A stretch of 63,483 nt of DNA, filler included, from Folioceros fuciformis (lineage: Eukaryota), in NCBI GenBank assembly GCA_049999805.1. It is 14 parts of 14 records of this genome, joined end to end, with 100 filler letters (N's around TTAATTAATTAA, not from the genome) between each part and the next. Parts side by side here need not be neighbours in the genome. Positions count along the whole stretch, not along the records: positions 49,162 to 52,722 come from JBNGIO010003627.1; positions 52,823 to 54,871 come from JBNGIO010003630.1; positions 54,972 to 59,789 come from JBNGIO010003631.1; positions 59,890 to 62,215 come from JBNGIO010003632.1; positions 62,316 to 63,483 come from JBNGIO010003663.1; 9 more parts are not named here. One strand, 5' to 3'. Below the pieces are notes generated by a model that had not been told where the DNA came from, made no database searches, and saw nothing but the letters and a program-made list of their open reading frames with translations. A program made the position numbers and the translations under genes. Shown in pieces: positions 51,951 through 63,483 of the stretch; the stretch's first letter is position 1; each line of letters starts with the position of its first letter.

Positions 51951-52463
51951 GGTGTTCTTTCAGTTTATCTCTCTAGACGTAAATGAGTTTTTTAATCCTA
52001 TTCTTCTAAAATAAATAAGATCTAATGATTCGAAGAGGGAGATAAATGATGGATTCGAGATTTCGGGGCTAACCATAGAAGTGATAGGCGGTGGGAGAAC
52101 AGTTAAAATTAGCAAGGGTGGCGACTTCGTTGTTTATGAAGGTGCTGTGGAATACGGGACGAGTAACCGATGGTGAGCAACATGGAAGGAAGGTTAGGAA
52201 AGGTTGTCATGTTTGGCGGGGTATTGACTAGCCGGGGAGCAGCTGCAATCCTAGTCACTCCAGCTGCACTGCAGATGAAGGCCGGCGCTTCCGATTGGCC
52301 TGCAACATGTGTATGCTTGATGTCACCGGGGAAACACCGCACCTCGTTCACAGCCTGGACTCTAAATCCAACATTCTGAACGTCCAACCTGGTGGCACAC
52401 ACTCCTCGCCAAATAGCGGTCTGCAGCGTTCTCAAGATCAGGGAGGCGTCTATAGCGAGCAGG

Positions 52464-52722
52464 ATGTCTGTCAGCGAGCATAACCACCACCACCACCACC
52501 ATCGGGAGGAGGCGTTGGAGAATCCTGACGGATACTCTGAGTGTCAGGGGTACGCTGCGCAGGTTGCACCGGCGTGCGGGTACGAATCGCAGCCCGGCTA
52601 TGGCTATGGCTACGGCTACGGCGGGCAGCAGACGCAGCCGGTCGCAGGAGGCGGTGGCTACGGTGATGGATATGGCGGGCAGCAGACGCAGCCGGTCGCA
52701 GGAGGCGGTGGCTACGGCTATG
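52464..52722 (+). CDS. 5' end of a His-tract, Gly/Tyr/Gln-repeat protein (possibly ASR- or dehydrin-like stress protein), truncated
   Basis: MSVSEHNHHHHHREEALENPDGY...GYGGQQTQPVAGGGGY x2, with GC-rich coding-like composition. Confidence 0.5.
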
Positions 52723-52822
52723 NNNNNNNNNNNNNNNNNNNNNNNNNNNNNNNNNNNNNNNNNNNNTTAATTAATTAANNNNNNNNNNNNNNNNNNNNNN
52801 NNNNNNNNNNNNNNNNNNNNNN

Positions 52823-54871
52823 TACTCTCTAGATAAGCTTACTTTATAAGCTAATCTATTATAGAGCTATATTTTTAGTAGTATTTTAATTAATTTATTA
52901 TTATTTAACTTATTTAAGTTAAGTTAGTAGTACTTAGAGTACTTTACTTAGAGTACTCTAACTTAAATTAAAATAAGCTCTATAGATTTTACTTCTTTTA
53001 TAATATAATACTATACTAATTCTTATATATATTACTAGTAGCTAATTAGCTATACTCTATACTTCTTCTACTTACTCTTTATAAGCTCTAACTAATAATA
53101 ATTTATAGATAAAAGCTTAAAAATCTACTTATATTTACTATACTACTACTACTACTACTACTTCTACTACCTCTACTACTATATCTATATCTATACCTAC
53201 TATTACTATAACTACTATATACTATACTACTACTACTACTAAAGCTTTAGCTTCTTCTAGAAAATTTATATACTCTTTAGTATATATAGTATATTAACCT
53301 TAGGTAAGTAAAAAACTTCTATTAATAGAGAGTACCTTTATAAAGCTATTAGTTATTTTTACTAATAAGTCTTATATATCTCTATTAGAGAGGCTTAAGC
53401 TCTTTACTATACTTTTTAGTAAGTATAGCTTAGAACTCTTACTTCTAGAGCTTTACTTATCTAAAACTATAACTTTTTCTTACTAGAGTTAACTAGAAGC
53501 TCTTTATACTAAGCTCTACTTAAGCTATATAAATAGTATATTCTTAGAGTACTCTTTTAGAGAGTACTATAATTCTAGTACTAGAGAAGTATAGTATTAG
53601 TACTACTCTTCTAAGTACTCTTATATAAGAGTATAAGTAGCTTATTAATTATTATTTTCTATATTATTACTAATTATATATTAGACCTAGAATTACTTAT
53701 AAGTTAGTATAGAAGCTTATTAAGCTTCTATATAATAAGAAGAAATTTCTATTATATATAAAGATTACTAAAATCTATAGAGAGCTTTATATACTTCTTA
53801 TAGAAGAGTAGTATAAGAAGAAGAAGAAGAAGAAGAAGAAGAGAAAGAAAAAAGAGAAAAAAAAGAGTAAGAAAAGCTCTTATACTACTTCTTCTACTAC
53901 TTTCTCTACTATTACTTCTACTCTTAGCTACTACTACTACTACTACTATACTCTCTTTCTAGTAAAGCTCTTTATAAAGATTCTTATTTAGTACTAGTAA
54001 GCCTAAAAGTTCTTTAAAAAGCTTCTAGAGGTTTTTATAGTATAGAGGCCTAGTATCTAGTACTTTAGTACCTTAATAATACTCTATTCTATTCTATAGT
54101 TATTCTCTAATCTATTATAGTTATAGTTTAATCTAGGTATATATATTCTATAGATTAAGTTAATTCTTAAAGTACTTAAACTATAAGTTAGATAGGTTTT
54201 TAGTAAGCTTATTAGTAGATATCTTACTTATTAGTAAGTACTATACTTTAAATAATTCTTTAGTATANNNNNNNNNNNNNNNNNNNNNNNNNNNNNNNNN
54301 NNNNNNNNNNNNNNNNNNNNNNNNNNNNNNNNNNNNNNNNNNNNNNNNNNNNNNNNNNNNNNNNNNNGCTATATATTCTATATATCTATATAGTATAGTT
54401 TTATAGTAATTCTCTTATTTTCTTCTACTACTAGGCGAATTATTTACTAATTATTATAGAAGATCCTCTAGGTTATATCTAGATCTAGTATAATCTTATT
54501 AAAAAAATACTTTATAGCTATTACTTTTTTACTTATATATTATAATACGAGTAGTTCTACTTCTATTATTAAAGTTATTACTATTAATTAATAAGCTACT
54601 TTTTATAAGATTACTCTTCTAAAAAGCTATATAATATATCTATAGAATAATCTTCTAGTTTTCTAATTATTAGTAAATAAAGTATCTTTATATATAAAAA
54701 GCTTAGTTTCTTAGTAGTTACTATATTAAATTATAAGATACTAAGTTCTATAGAAGTAGATAATTACTCTATAAATAGTATTAAAGTACTTCTTACTTAA
54801 ATTTATAAAGAACTATAAGAGCTTTAAAGCTATATATACTATATTAGATTAAATTATTATTACTATATAAA
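52823..54871. other. Extremely AT-rich scaffold with a repeat-induced point mutation (RIP) dinucleotide signature; probably an ascomycete repeat
   Basis: By eye, essentially no CpA or TpG dinucleotides and very few CpG over ~1.9 kb, with a large excess of TpA (tag/cta/tat/taa). No ORFs. Confidence 0.85.
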
Positions 54872-57800
54872 NNNNNNNNNNNNNNNNNNNNNNNNNNNNN
54901 NNNNNNNNNNNNNNNTTAATTAATTAANNNNNNNNNNNNNNNNNNNNNNNNNNNNNNNNNNNNNNNNNNNNTGGCTCTTGGTGATGCAACATCCAATATT
55001 TGTAGGCCATTAAGTACTTGTGGTGCCTGGGCCCATGCTTGTTGTATAGATGTTATGAAAACTAGGAAGTGAATAAGATGTTGACAAATTAAGATTATAT
55101 CCATCGTAGATATCATTGTTAGATCATTTAGGGTTTAGGGTTTAAATATCATTGAACAAATCAAATATCATATAGGGTTTAGATATCATTGAACAAATCG
55201 TTTGTGGAGAACAACTTTATAGGAGGGACGTAGATGCCCGATTTAGCATTTATATTCTGAATATAGCATATGGAATAGTCATATTAATAATGATCATAAT
55301 TTAAATATTATTATTTGGATCTAATAAATATGTGTATATTAATGTAAACCAAGAAAAACAATCATGCCAATATGTACGGTAAAAACAAACATGCAAATAC
55401 AAACAAGTAATGTACATATATCATGAGAGAAAATTAACATAAACTTCATGGGGCTTATTTAGACATGAAGTATTTTACATAGAGAAGGACCATGACCACT
55501 CTTCTCATCTTGTATTGAATTAATGAGCAAAAAATCATGAAGAACTTACAATTACTTGTAACAACTTGCGCAATGTATTCTTGTCCATTTTTCTATTCTA
55601 GAAATTATTGCTTGAATCAAGAACTCTTTAAACGTGAGTTGCTAACTTGCTTGATACTCAACAAAGAGTAGTTTCCCCTGAGGCTTAACATAGTGTTGAG
55701 AAGAAGGATGTGTGCTTGTAAAGAAAATGATACGTAATAGAAGGCTTCATTGAGTAAACTTTAGATCTCACCATTACTTATTGTTCAACAATTATGGAGT
55801 GTTCCTTGATGCATGTCCTTGTTGCAACTGTCGTCTGTGCTTTATTATCACCTCCCAAATAGGACCCATCTCTAGTACTCTTTGTCCCAACATAGGGTCG
55901 ACATTGTTAGTAGCCTTCTAAATTGTTCTGTTGTGCTACACAAGATCTTGCCTTTCAACATCTGAATCTTTTCACCGTAAGACTGTTTAATCCTATTATA
56001 CTTTATATATATATACTTAGCATGGATTCATGAATATATGGGGGTGGCCAGCTGTCCTGCCCCCAGACACGGGGCCTATGACAGCTATCAAAGTGGACGA
56101 GGGGGTAAGCTGGCCGGAGTAGGGGGCTCGGCTTTGCTGGAGCGACAGGCAGACCAACAAAACTATCTGGATAGCTCCCTAAGTCAGCAAACGTATCACA
56201 CCAGCAAGCGTCCCCGTCGAAGTGAATGGGTGAGAGGGGGATGAGGGGTTGAAGATGGAGTGGAGGGGATGAAGCGAAGTAGGCACAAGAGCACGGGCCA
56301 GCGGAGTTACAGAAGAACACTTGGGGCCGGGAGCTTACCTTGGGGATCCGCTCTCAACTAGTCGTCGTAGCAAGGCTTACCGGGTTCAACCCTCGAACAT
56401 CGTGGTCATTCTACAGCTCCTGCAAATGGCCTACAACCTTTGTCAATTGGAGGGAGATCACCTAGTCTTCCATCACAGGGTTGCTCTTACTGTCCAGAAG
56501 AGGAAGAACCCCTCAATGTGGCGAAGGCTCGGTCGAGGTCACGACCAAGAGTGAGGAGTTGGTTGGAGACGGGGGAAAAGCGAAGATGGCTGCGAATATG
56601 GAAAGATCTGAGGCGCCTGCTGTGTTAGCAGGTCTAGTTTTTATAATAGAAATGGGGCCGCAACCCGAAGGACAACCATAAACGCAAAAGCTATTCTAAG
56701 ACTTGGGCAGGCTAATCCTGCCAGATGTCAGCTGGTTAATTATCACCTAAACTTTAATGAGCCGATGGTGGGTAGGTGCAGTGAAAGCATAGGCACAGGA
56801 GGAACTACACCGGGCTCAGGAAGAAGTGTAGGAGATGAAGGATCAGCGGGGACTGCTCCTGACTCAAGTTAAGGAAGTACACGAGGTGAATCAAGAAATG
56901 CAACAAGAACTGCTAAGGGCGCAAGAGCAGGAAATAGCTGCAGTGGAGAAGGTCCAAAAGCTCGCGGACCGTTACAAATGAGAATGCGATGAGGCTCGGA
57001 GCCAAGTCAAGAGGAAAGGGAAGGTCAAACGGAGCAGCAGGTCCACGACTGAGGTAGTGGAAGCTGCTACCGGTCAGAGAGAAACCGCACCAGTAGAGGA
57101 AAGCCCGTGGCCGGGGAAGCAGCAACAATCGTGGAACCCACAACTGGGGTGGTTGGAATAACCACCCGCACTAGGAGGACCAGACTGGAGACAACGGGAG
57201 CTAGAGGGACAAAGGGCTCCCTAGCACCCTTAGAAAGCAGAAGACAAACAGTAAGGGGTAGCCCACGGGAGGAGGGGGTAAGCACCTCATTTGCAGTAGG
57301 AGGCCAAATTGTATTACAGCACATAGATGAGGAGTCTTATATTCCTGGCCTCTATGTGAATGGGGACCATGTACTTAACCTTACTGTCCATGTGCATGTG
57401 GAAATAGGAGGGACCAAAGCCGACTGTCTGCAACTGAGGACTCGCAGGGGGTGCTTCTCCCATTGCTTTCGGATATGGGGGTTGACTCCCTGTTACTCAG
57501 AGACGATATTGAAAGAGCTCACCGAAGAGGAAGCACAGGCCTAGGTGGAGCAAGAACCAGTGCTAGTCCCCAGCAACAGACGGCCAGTAGAGGAGGAGAG
57601 GATCCCAAGGCGGGCCCCACCCTTGCCTATCTAGGATAAGTTAGCCAGCAGCGAGAGTGAGGTGGAAATTTTATGGGAGGATTTGCTTGATCAGCAGCGT
57701 GGAAGGAGAGCCAGGGGATTTGGTGGGAGAGGAAGGAGGGCCAGAAGAACGGATAGGAGGAGGGTGCGGTGCTAAGGTAAGCCAGGAGTTATTGCATCTT

Positions 57801-59144
57801 AAACATAGAATTTAGATAAGATTTGGCTAGATGCTATCTTGAACTGGATGCCGCCCGTAATTAAGGGCACCTTTCAAGTTGGCTATTTTTAGATCCAAAC
57901 TGTATGGCGGGTTGTGACACCCACTTTACAAACTTTTGACGGAATGAGGCTAGGGTGAAGGGCGGGAGGNNNNNNNNNNNNNNNNNNNNNNNNNNNNNNN
58001 NNNNNNNNNNNNNNNNNNNNNNNNNNNNNNNNNNNNNNNNNNNNNNNNNNNNNNNNNNNNNNNNNNNNNGGGGCGTATCGGCCAGCGTAGGTAAGAGTAA
58101 GCACTTATGCTCGCTAGTGTGGGTACTCCTGCAACCATCCGTGGTGGTTACGCCCCCACCTTCTGCATGATGGCATGATACTACTTCTTGAACGGACCGT
58201 CCTAACTGTCAGTCCAGCAGCCGAATTGACGAGGTAGCGTCTGGGATGTCACCCACTCTAAAAAAACTCAGATCCGCTGTAAATACTTACTTTTTCAAGT
58301 CCACTCCGTTTCATCGGATTCTAGAGAAAACTCAGGTGGATCATTGGAGTAAAGCTGCGATAGGTATTTTTGGGGTTGACACTACTCTACTCCACTAGAG
58401 GATCTTGTGCAGCCTTGGAGTCAAACACAATAGCCACACTCTACAATCTTGGTTCGTCTTCAACATCAAAGTTATCTACAAGTGGACAACTTTGATATTA
58501 ATTTTGAAGAAAATTCTATATGCATGTGGACATTATTGAACATTGCATCCATCCTTCATATAATGAAATACACCAAACCTTGCATAGACCCACTTCTTCC
58601 ATACTGATCACATGTCGGTCCAAGACCTAATGTAAGCCCAAAAATTACACACCTAAAAGTTTTCGAACCAAAATTTGGAGTGATACTGCTCTGTCCGAAG
58701 TCCCATATCGGCACGCGGCATTCGAGTTTCTTCTCCGGAAAATATTGAGGGTCTGACACGACAACCGGACTGATACCCATCAGAGTTGTCCGGTGGGTCA
58801 GCTCCGTTGGACCTCATAGCGGTGGCTCTGCCGGAAGTCCAGATTGGTCCTCTGGTAGGAGCAAAGACCGGCCTACAATTCAGGTCCGGCTATCCGCCGG
58901 ACTCCGGTGCGAGAGGCGGTGAAGCTGCTACCTGGGCCGGAGTCGTTGATGATAGCCATCCGGGGCGAAGCGGCAGCCTAGATGATGGCCAAACCCTTCA
59001 ATTCCCTGTCCTTGCCTTTCGTAGCTCTCGAATCCCAGCCGGACGATCTCACTCTCATGTCTTCGAGGTCGGCCTCTTGCCAGGCAGGGGGAGGGCTTCC
59101 TCGATGTGGCGCATGCATGGCGGGGTCGCGGTGGAAGGAGGCAC

Positions 59145-59755
59145 ATGGCGGACTGGGATCCTAGTTCCTAGCAGTGGGACTCCCTCAAATGCGTGGCTCA
59201 GCCCGCCTCAGGGGATGGGGCGAGTGGGAATGGTGACAGGTCAGCTACCGCGAGCTACGGGGACAGCGGCGGGAACAACCACGACAATGATGCAGGAGGG
59301 GTGTGTAACTTGTTGAAGGCCGGGGTGCGAAAGACCAGAATTGGGCAAGAGTTCTTGTCTCGCTCGAGAGACAAAAACTTGTTTCCGTAGAGTCTCGAGA
59401 CTCTACGGAAGCGTCAGGCGGCTTGGATCTCAAGCTAGGTGGCAGCTCCTTTTCTCTTGCAAGAGAGGAGACAGGGAACGGGTCTACGATCAATAACCGC
59501 TTCCGTTCTTCCGCTCCTGGAGCTTAGTTCGCGACTTGTCAGGTGGACGATTGTAAGGCTGACCTAAGGCTGTCCAAGGATTACCACAGGACGCACGAGG
59601 TCTGTGAAACCCATTCTAAGTTGATTAAGGCATAGAGGCGCATCAGCCGCAGCGTTTCTGCCAGCAATGTAGCAGATTCCACCCTGGCCGAGTTTGACGA
59701 AGGGAAAAGGAGCTGCTGTAGGCACTTGACCGGGCACAACAAGAGATGGAGGAGT
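59145..59755 (+). pseudogene. SBP-box (SPL1/12/14/16-like) processed pseudogene fragment
   Basis: MADWDPSS*QWDSLK; GLDLKLGG; SBP domain from 59537 reads [59 protein letters not shown], with a stop and two frameshifts. Confidence 0.85.
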
Positions 59756-59889
59756 GTGTGGGGAGAGGCAGGGTGCTAGAGTCTACGAGNNNNNNNNNNN
59801 NNNNNNNNNNNNNNNNNNNNNNNNNNNNNNNNNTTAATTAATTAANNNNNNNNNNNNNNNNNNNNNNNNNNNNNNNNNNNNNNNNNNNN

Positions 59890-59970
59890 CGGAGGTGATG
59901 GTGGCTCTAAAGGTGGTGGCGGAGGTTACGGAGGTGGTAATGGAGGCAATGGAAGTGGCGGTGGCCGTTG
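59890..59970 (+). CDS. 3' end of a glycine-rich protein (GGDGGSKGGGGGYGGGNGGNGSGGGR*), fragment
   Basis: Run of GGN codons at the scaffold start ending in TGA. Confidence 0.4.
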
Positions 59971-60268
59971 AGGTGGCCAAGGTGGTGGCTATGGAGGAGA
60001 GGCGGCAGGGAAAGACCCGTCGGCTCCACACCACCACCACAGACTCGGTACAGCACACAAAGCTACGCACAATCAAAAATATATATACAACAAACATCAC
60101 TAATTCAAAGTATCAGAATCTCCCTCCCTCTGCAACCATGATTCCCAAGGACGACATGCCCAGCAAAGCAAGGAGGCTTGTGAGACGGCCCTCCAGTTCT
60201 TCCGTTCTATACAAACGACGGAGGCGTAGAGGGCCACGTTTGGCCCTTTTGCTCGCGGCTTGCAGTCA

Positions 60269-60620
60269 TTAGAACACCCTCAGGCCATGTGTCGGCAAAA
60301 TGCTGTTCGTGCTGGCCTGAATCACTGCATCCTTGTGTGTCACGTAGTCAGGCTGTACATGTAGCGCAGGAGAGATCTTAGTCAGTCTGTGACACGATGA
60401 TGCAATTAACGAGTTCATGCTTCTTCTGAGCTCTCACATATTCAGCTGAAGACAATGTCACGAAGTTCGCCGATGTCATCTCAACTTGATCCATCTGGCA
60501 CCAGTCCGGAATCGTACACAAAGCCGGACAGTTCCTTTCGCTATCCATGTGCCAAGAATCCGTAAGCCTGTACCGGAATTTATGCTCGTCATACAGCATG
60601 CAGCTAGCCTGCTCACCAGC
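60269..60620 (-). CDS. Probable terminal exons of an unidentified spliced gene (...MDQVEMTSANFVTLSSAEY|PDYVTHKDAVIQASTNSILPTHGLRVF*)
   Basis: An in-phase GT-AG intron (gtgaga...gtacag) of typical length joins two exon-like segments ending in TAA. Product not recognised. Confidence 0.35.
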
Positions 60621-62315
60621 AGGGTGCAGATGATGCAGGCATGGAACGTGTGATGATCTTACCGCTGTGAGAGTGAGAACTTGAGACTACTATATCATCT
60701 AAGGCGATCGGTATGCACTTGATCAGCTTTCAACGATCAGGCAATAGAGCGCGTGCGGGCGCTCGGGCAATGCCCAGGAGCAGAATCTTGCACAACGTGG
60801 CTCGCCTCACGAGCTCTGCTGCCTTCGCGGGGATGCCGGTGGTCCTGCCTGCTTCCTTTCTCCGATTGGCCGGCGCTGACAACACGGGACGCAAAATGCC
60901 ACATCAGAAGAACAAGCGCCATCTTCGCCTGCTCTGCGGACATCTTAAACTTGAGGGAAGCGTCACCTGCGGCATACGTACATATGGCTCAGTCTATGCT
61001 CTGAATTCATCATCTTGATCNNNNNNNNNNNNNNNNNNNNNNNNNNNNNNNNNNNNNNNNNNNNNNNNNNNNNNNNNNNNNNNNNNNNNNNNNNNNNNNN
61101 NNNNNNNNNNNNNNNNNNNNCTGGCACTTGTTCTTCTGCTTGCTTGACTGGCATAGCAGGCGAATCCGTAGCGCACATCGTTCCATGTGCTTCTCTTCTA
61201 GAAAAGTACCTCCGATGTCGAAAACCGCTCATGAGAGACACATATAGGTGACAAGGAGGATTGAGCAACCAAGTCCTCAAGTTCAAATGTAGATAATTTC
61301 TAAACAACGAAGATCTATCAATCTGTCATGAGGCGCTTACGAGCCACTGATCAGACTCACGTTGTGACCAGCCTCACATTTCCCAGGCCTTCACCTTCAC
61401 TATTCAAGTTGATGTCAGCCTATCGACTTGACTTGAAGCTAGCGCCGGACCGAGTCCAAGATGCTTCGAATCGACTTCTCCTTCGGTGTTCAAGAATTAA
61501 CGAGCTCATGTTTCCTTTGCGCTCGTTCTTAGCTGCATGTTTCCACATGCTAATGATGGTTGCGGGGCACTGGAAACCGAACTTGGAGGCGACGATGGAT
61601 GCGTTTGCCAGGCTAAGAAGACTTTCATGATTGTGCTGTCTATAATATCCGAACCCAAACACGATAGCGCTGGTGTGCAAGGGAATGCTCACTTATTAGG
61701 CTTGAGATGCGGCTGCGGGCTTGGAATGTGGCGGAAACCAGTGGCAGTCCTAGTTGTTGGCAACGGATTGGTGGACACGTACACGTATGCATGCAAAACG
61801 TGAGGGATCAAGGTGCACGCAAGATTTCTTGCACAGCTTGGCTGCAAAGCATGTGATGTCATGAAATGCCGTCAAGTTGATATGTATCTGGGTATCCACA
61901 TCACGGGCTCACCCAAGAGGCTTGTCCCCATGGGCAAACAGGTTAGGGCAGGAAAGCCTGATTGTGGGTTACACAGCTTGCTAGCCCTCTGATCATGAGG
62001 CCTAGGTCTGAGAAAGGGCCGGTGACTTCCGATTCGCATCATTGTTGAGGCAGCCAGTTTGGAATGAGACACAGCTTAATCAGTCACTGGTCTGTTGGGC
62101 AATGGCGTGGTAAACATGGATGCAAACCTTGCCGGCGTTGTCACATCTCCGAGCTCACATCTCTTTTCGGGCTCCTCCATATTCGGTGCGCAATCGGAGG
62201 AGATTGGTGTGATATNNNNNNNNNNNNNNNNNNNNNNNNNNNNNNNNNNNNNNNNNNNNTTAATTAATTAANNNNNNNNNNNNNNNNNNNNNNNNNNNNN
62301 NNNNNNNNNNNNNNN

Positions 62316-62670
62316 AACCCTTAACCCTTAACCCTTAACCCTTAACCCTTAACCCTTAACCCTTAACCCTTAACCCTTAACCCNNNNNNNNNNAACCCTT
62401 AACCCTTAACCCTTAACCCTTAACCCTTAACCCTTAACCCTTAACCCTTAACCCTTAACCCTAAAACCCTTAACCCTTAACGCTTAACCCTTAACCCTTA
62501 ACCCTTAACCCTTAACCCTTAACCCTTAACCCTTAACGCTTAACCCTTAACCCTTAGCCCTTAACCCTAAACCCTAAACCCTCAACCTCAACCCTCAACC
62601 CTCAACCCTCAACCCTTAACCGTAAATCCCTAAACCCTAAGACCCTTAAACCGTAAAAGCCCTAAACCGT
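62316..62670 (+). repeat. Telomere-like array at scaffold start: (CCCTTAA)n = (TTAAGGG)n, grading inward into CCCTAAA, CCCTCAA and degenerate units
   Basis: More than 30 near-perfect CCCTTAA units (62316-62564), then two CCCTAAA units, about five CCCTCAA units, and decaying copies. Confidence 0.9.
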
Positions 62671-63483
62671 CAATCCTAAATATTGCGAGGGTAGCCCTAG
62701 GTGGCGAACACGATGCTTGCAAGTAAGACTTAAGGAGAAAGCAAAGATATATTTCCACAAGAGGCCAGGTGGAAAAGAGCAACGATTTGCTCCATCCAAT
62801 ATATTGTAATAAGCTAACAGAGTGTAGTATGCTAGCAGATCTAGAGCATGAAAAGCTAGAGAAAAATAAAGAAAATAGGGCAAAAATGGTTAAGGATAAT
62901 GGCCATATGGGTTTGATATTTCCCTCCCCCCTTTTTTGTTTGATGATTATGTTTGAGGTTATCCTTGACGGCTAAGAGGTGGGGATAAATGTGTTAATAC
63001 ATAAAACCTAAAAATATCTATCCCGCAAAAGATAAGAAACAAAGGGTATGAAATACCTAGCAGCTGTATGCCGGAAGGTGGATTAATGATGCCCACTTAC
63101 ATAGTGTGCCCTGGAGATTATGCTGCTTCAGATCCTCTAGCTGAATATGTGTGCCAAAGTAATGGAGTTCACATGGTGTGGCTAGGCTCCAAACCGTGTA
63201 AAGAATTCAAGGGACACACTAAGCACATCTGCAGTAAGTGTTCTAGAATGAAGTAAAAATAAAGGGGAAACAATGTATTTAACCTTTTTACTGGATGATT
63301 TAGGATCTGCTTGGGCACTCAACGAAGATGCTGGGGAGTATTATGAGGACTACTTAGAGATTGAAGGGGAAATAGAGTATAGAGCTAAAAAATGGGTTTA
63401 GCAACAGAAGACTAATCTACCCATATAGATGTTGATTTTTATCATTGGATTTATATAGACTTGGTATCTAATATACCTAAGTT

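Noticed and set aside
56000-58300. Purine-rich broken ORFs and possible LTR boundaries (ggcgggtTGTGACA at ~57906)
   Set aside because: Probably an LTR-retrotransposon accessory region, but no diagnostic domain or paired LTR could be confirmed.
61740-61885. PPR-like remnant (VVGNGLVDTY..C)
   Set aside because: A single degenerate motif with frameshifts; too weak to annotate.
1-63483. Apparent clustering of DCL, SET methyltransferase and PPR editor as an RNA-silencing island
   Set aside because: The genes lie on different concatenated scaffolds, so their adjacency is artificial. Only PPR-cimA and MAG2-SOUL are truly contiguous.

Overview
This window is not one contiguous locus. It is about 14 unrelated eukaryotic scaffolds joined by an artificial 100-bp spacer (44 N + TTAATTAATTAA + 44 N); plain 100-N runs are gaps inside scaffolds. 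Most scaffolds come from a non-seed land plant with short (~80 nt) spliceosomal introns. A fern is inferred mainly from the DYW:KP PPR gene; hornwort or lycophyte is not excluded. Genes: ATXR7/SDG25-like SET methyltransferase (partial), plant eIF4B (5' part), a complete PLS-PPR protein with a DYW:KP (U-to-C editing type) domain, an intron-rich bacterial-type citramalate synthase (cimA-like), a Dicer-like gene (DCL3-like), RINT1/TIP20 (MAG2-like) and a SOUL heme-binding gene. Also present are an intronless SPL/SBP pseudogene, decayed copia, LINE, CRE-like, pogo/Tigger and DDD-type transposons, and several tandem repeats. Most notable: the natural DYW:KP editor, the cimA gene, a scaffold with a near-complete fungal RIP mutation signature, a scaffold-terminal (TTAAGGG)n telomere-like array, and an apparent excess of GC-AG introns. 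All family assignments come from motif recognition by eye, not database searches.
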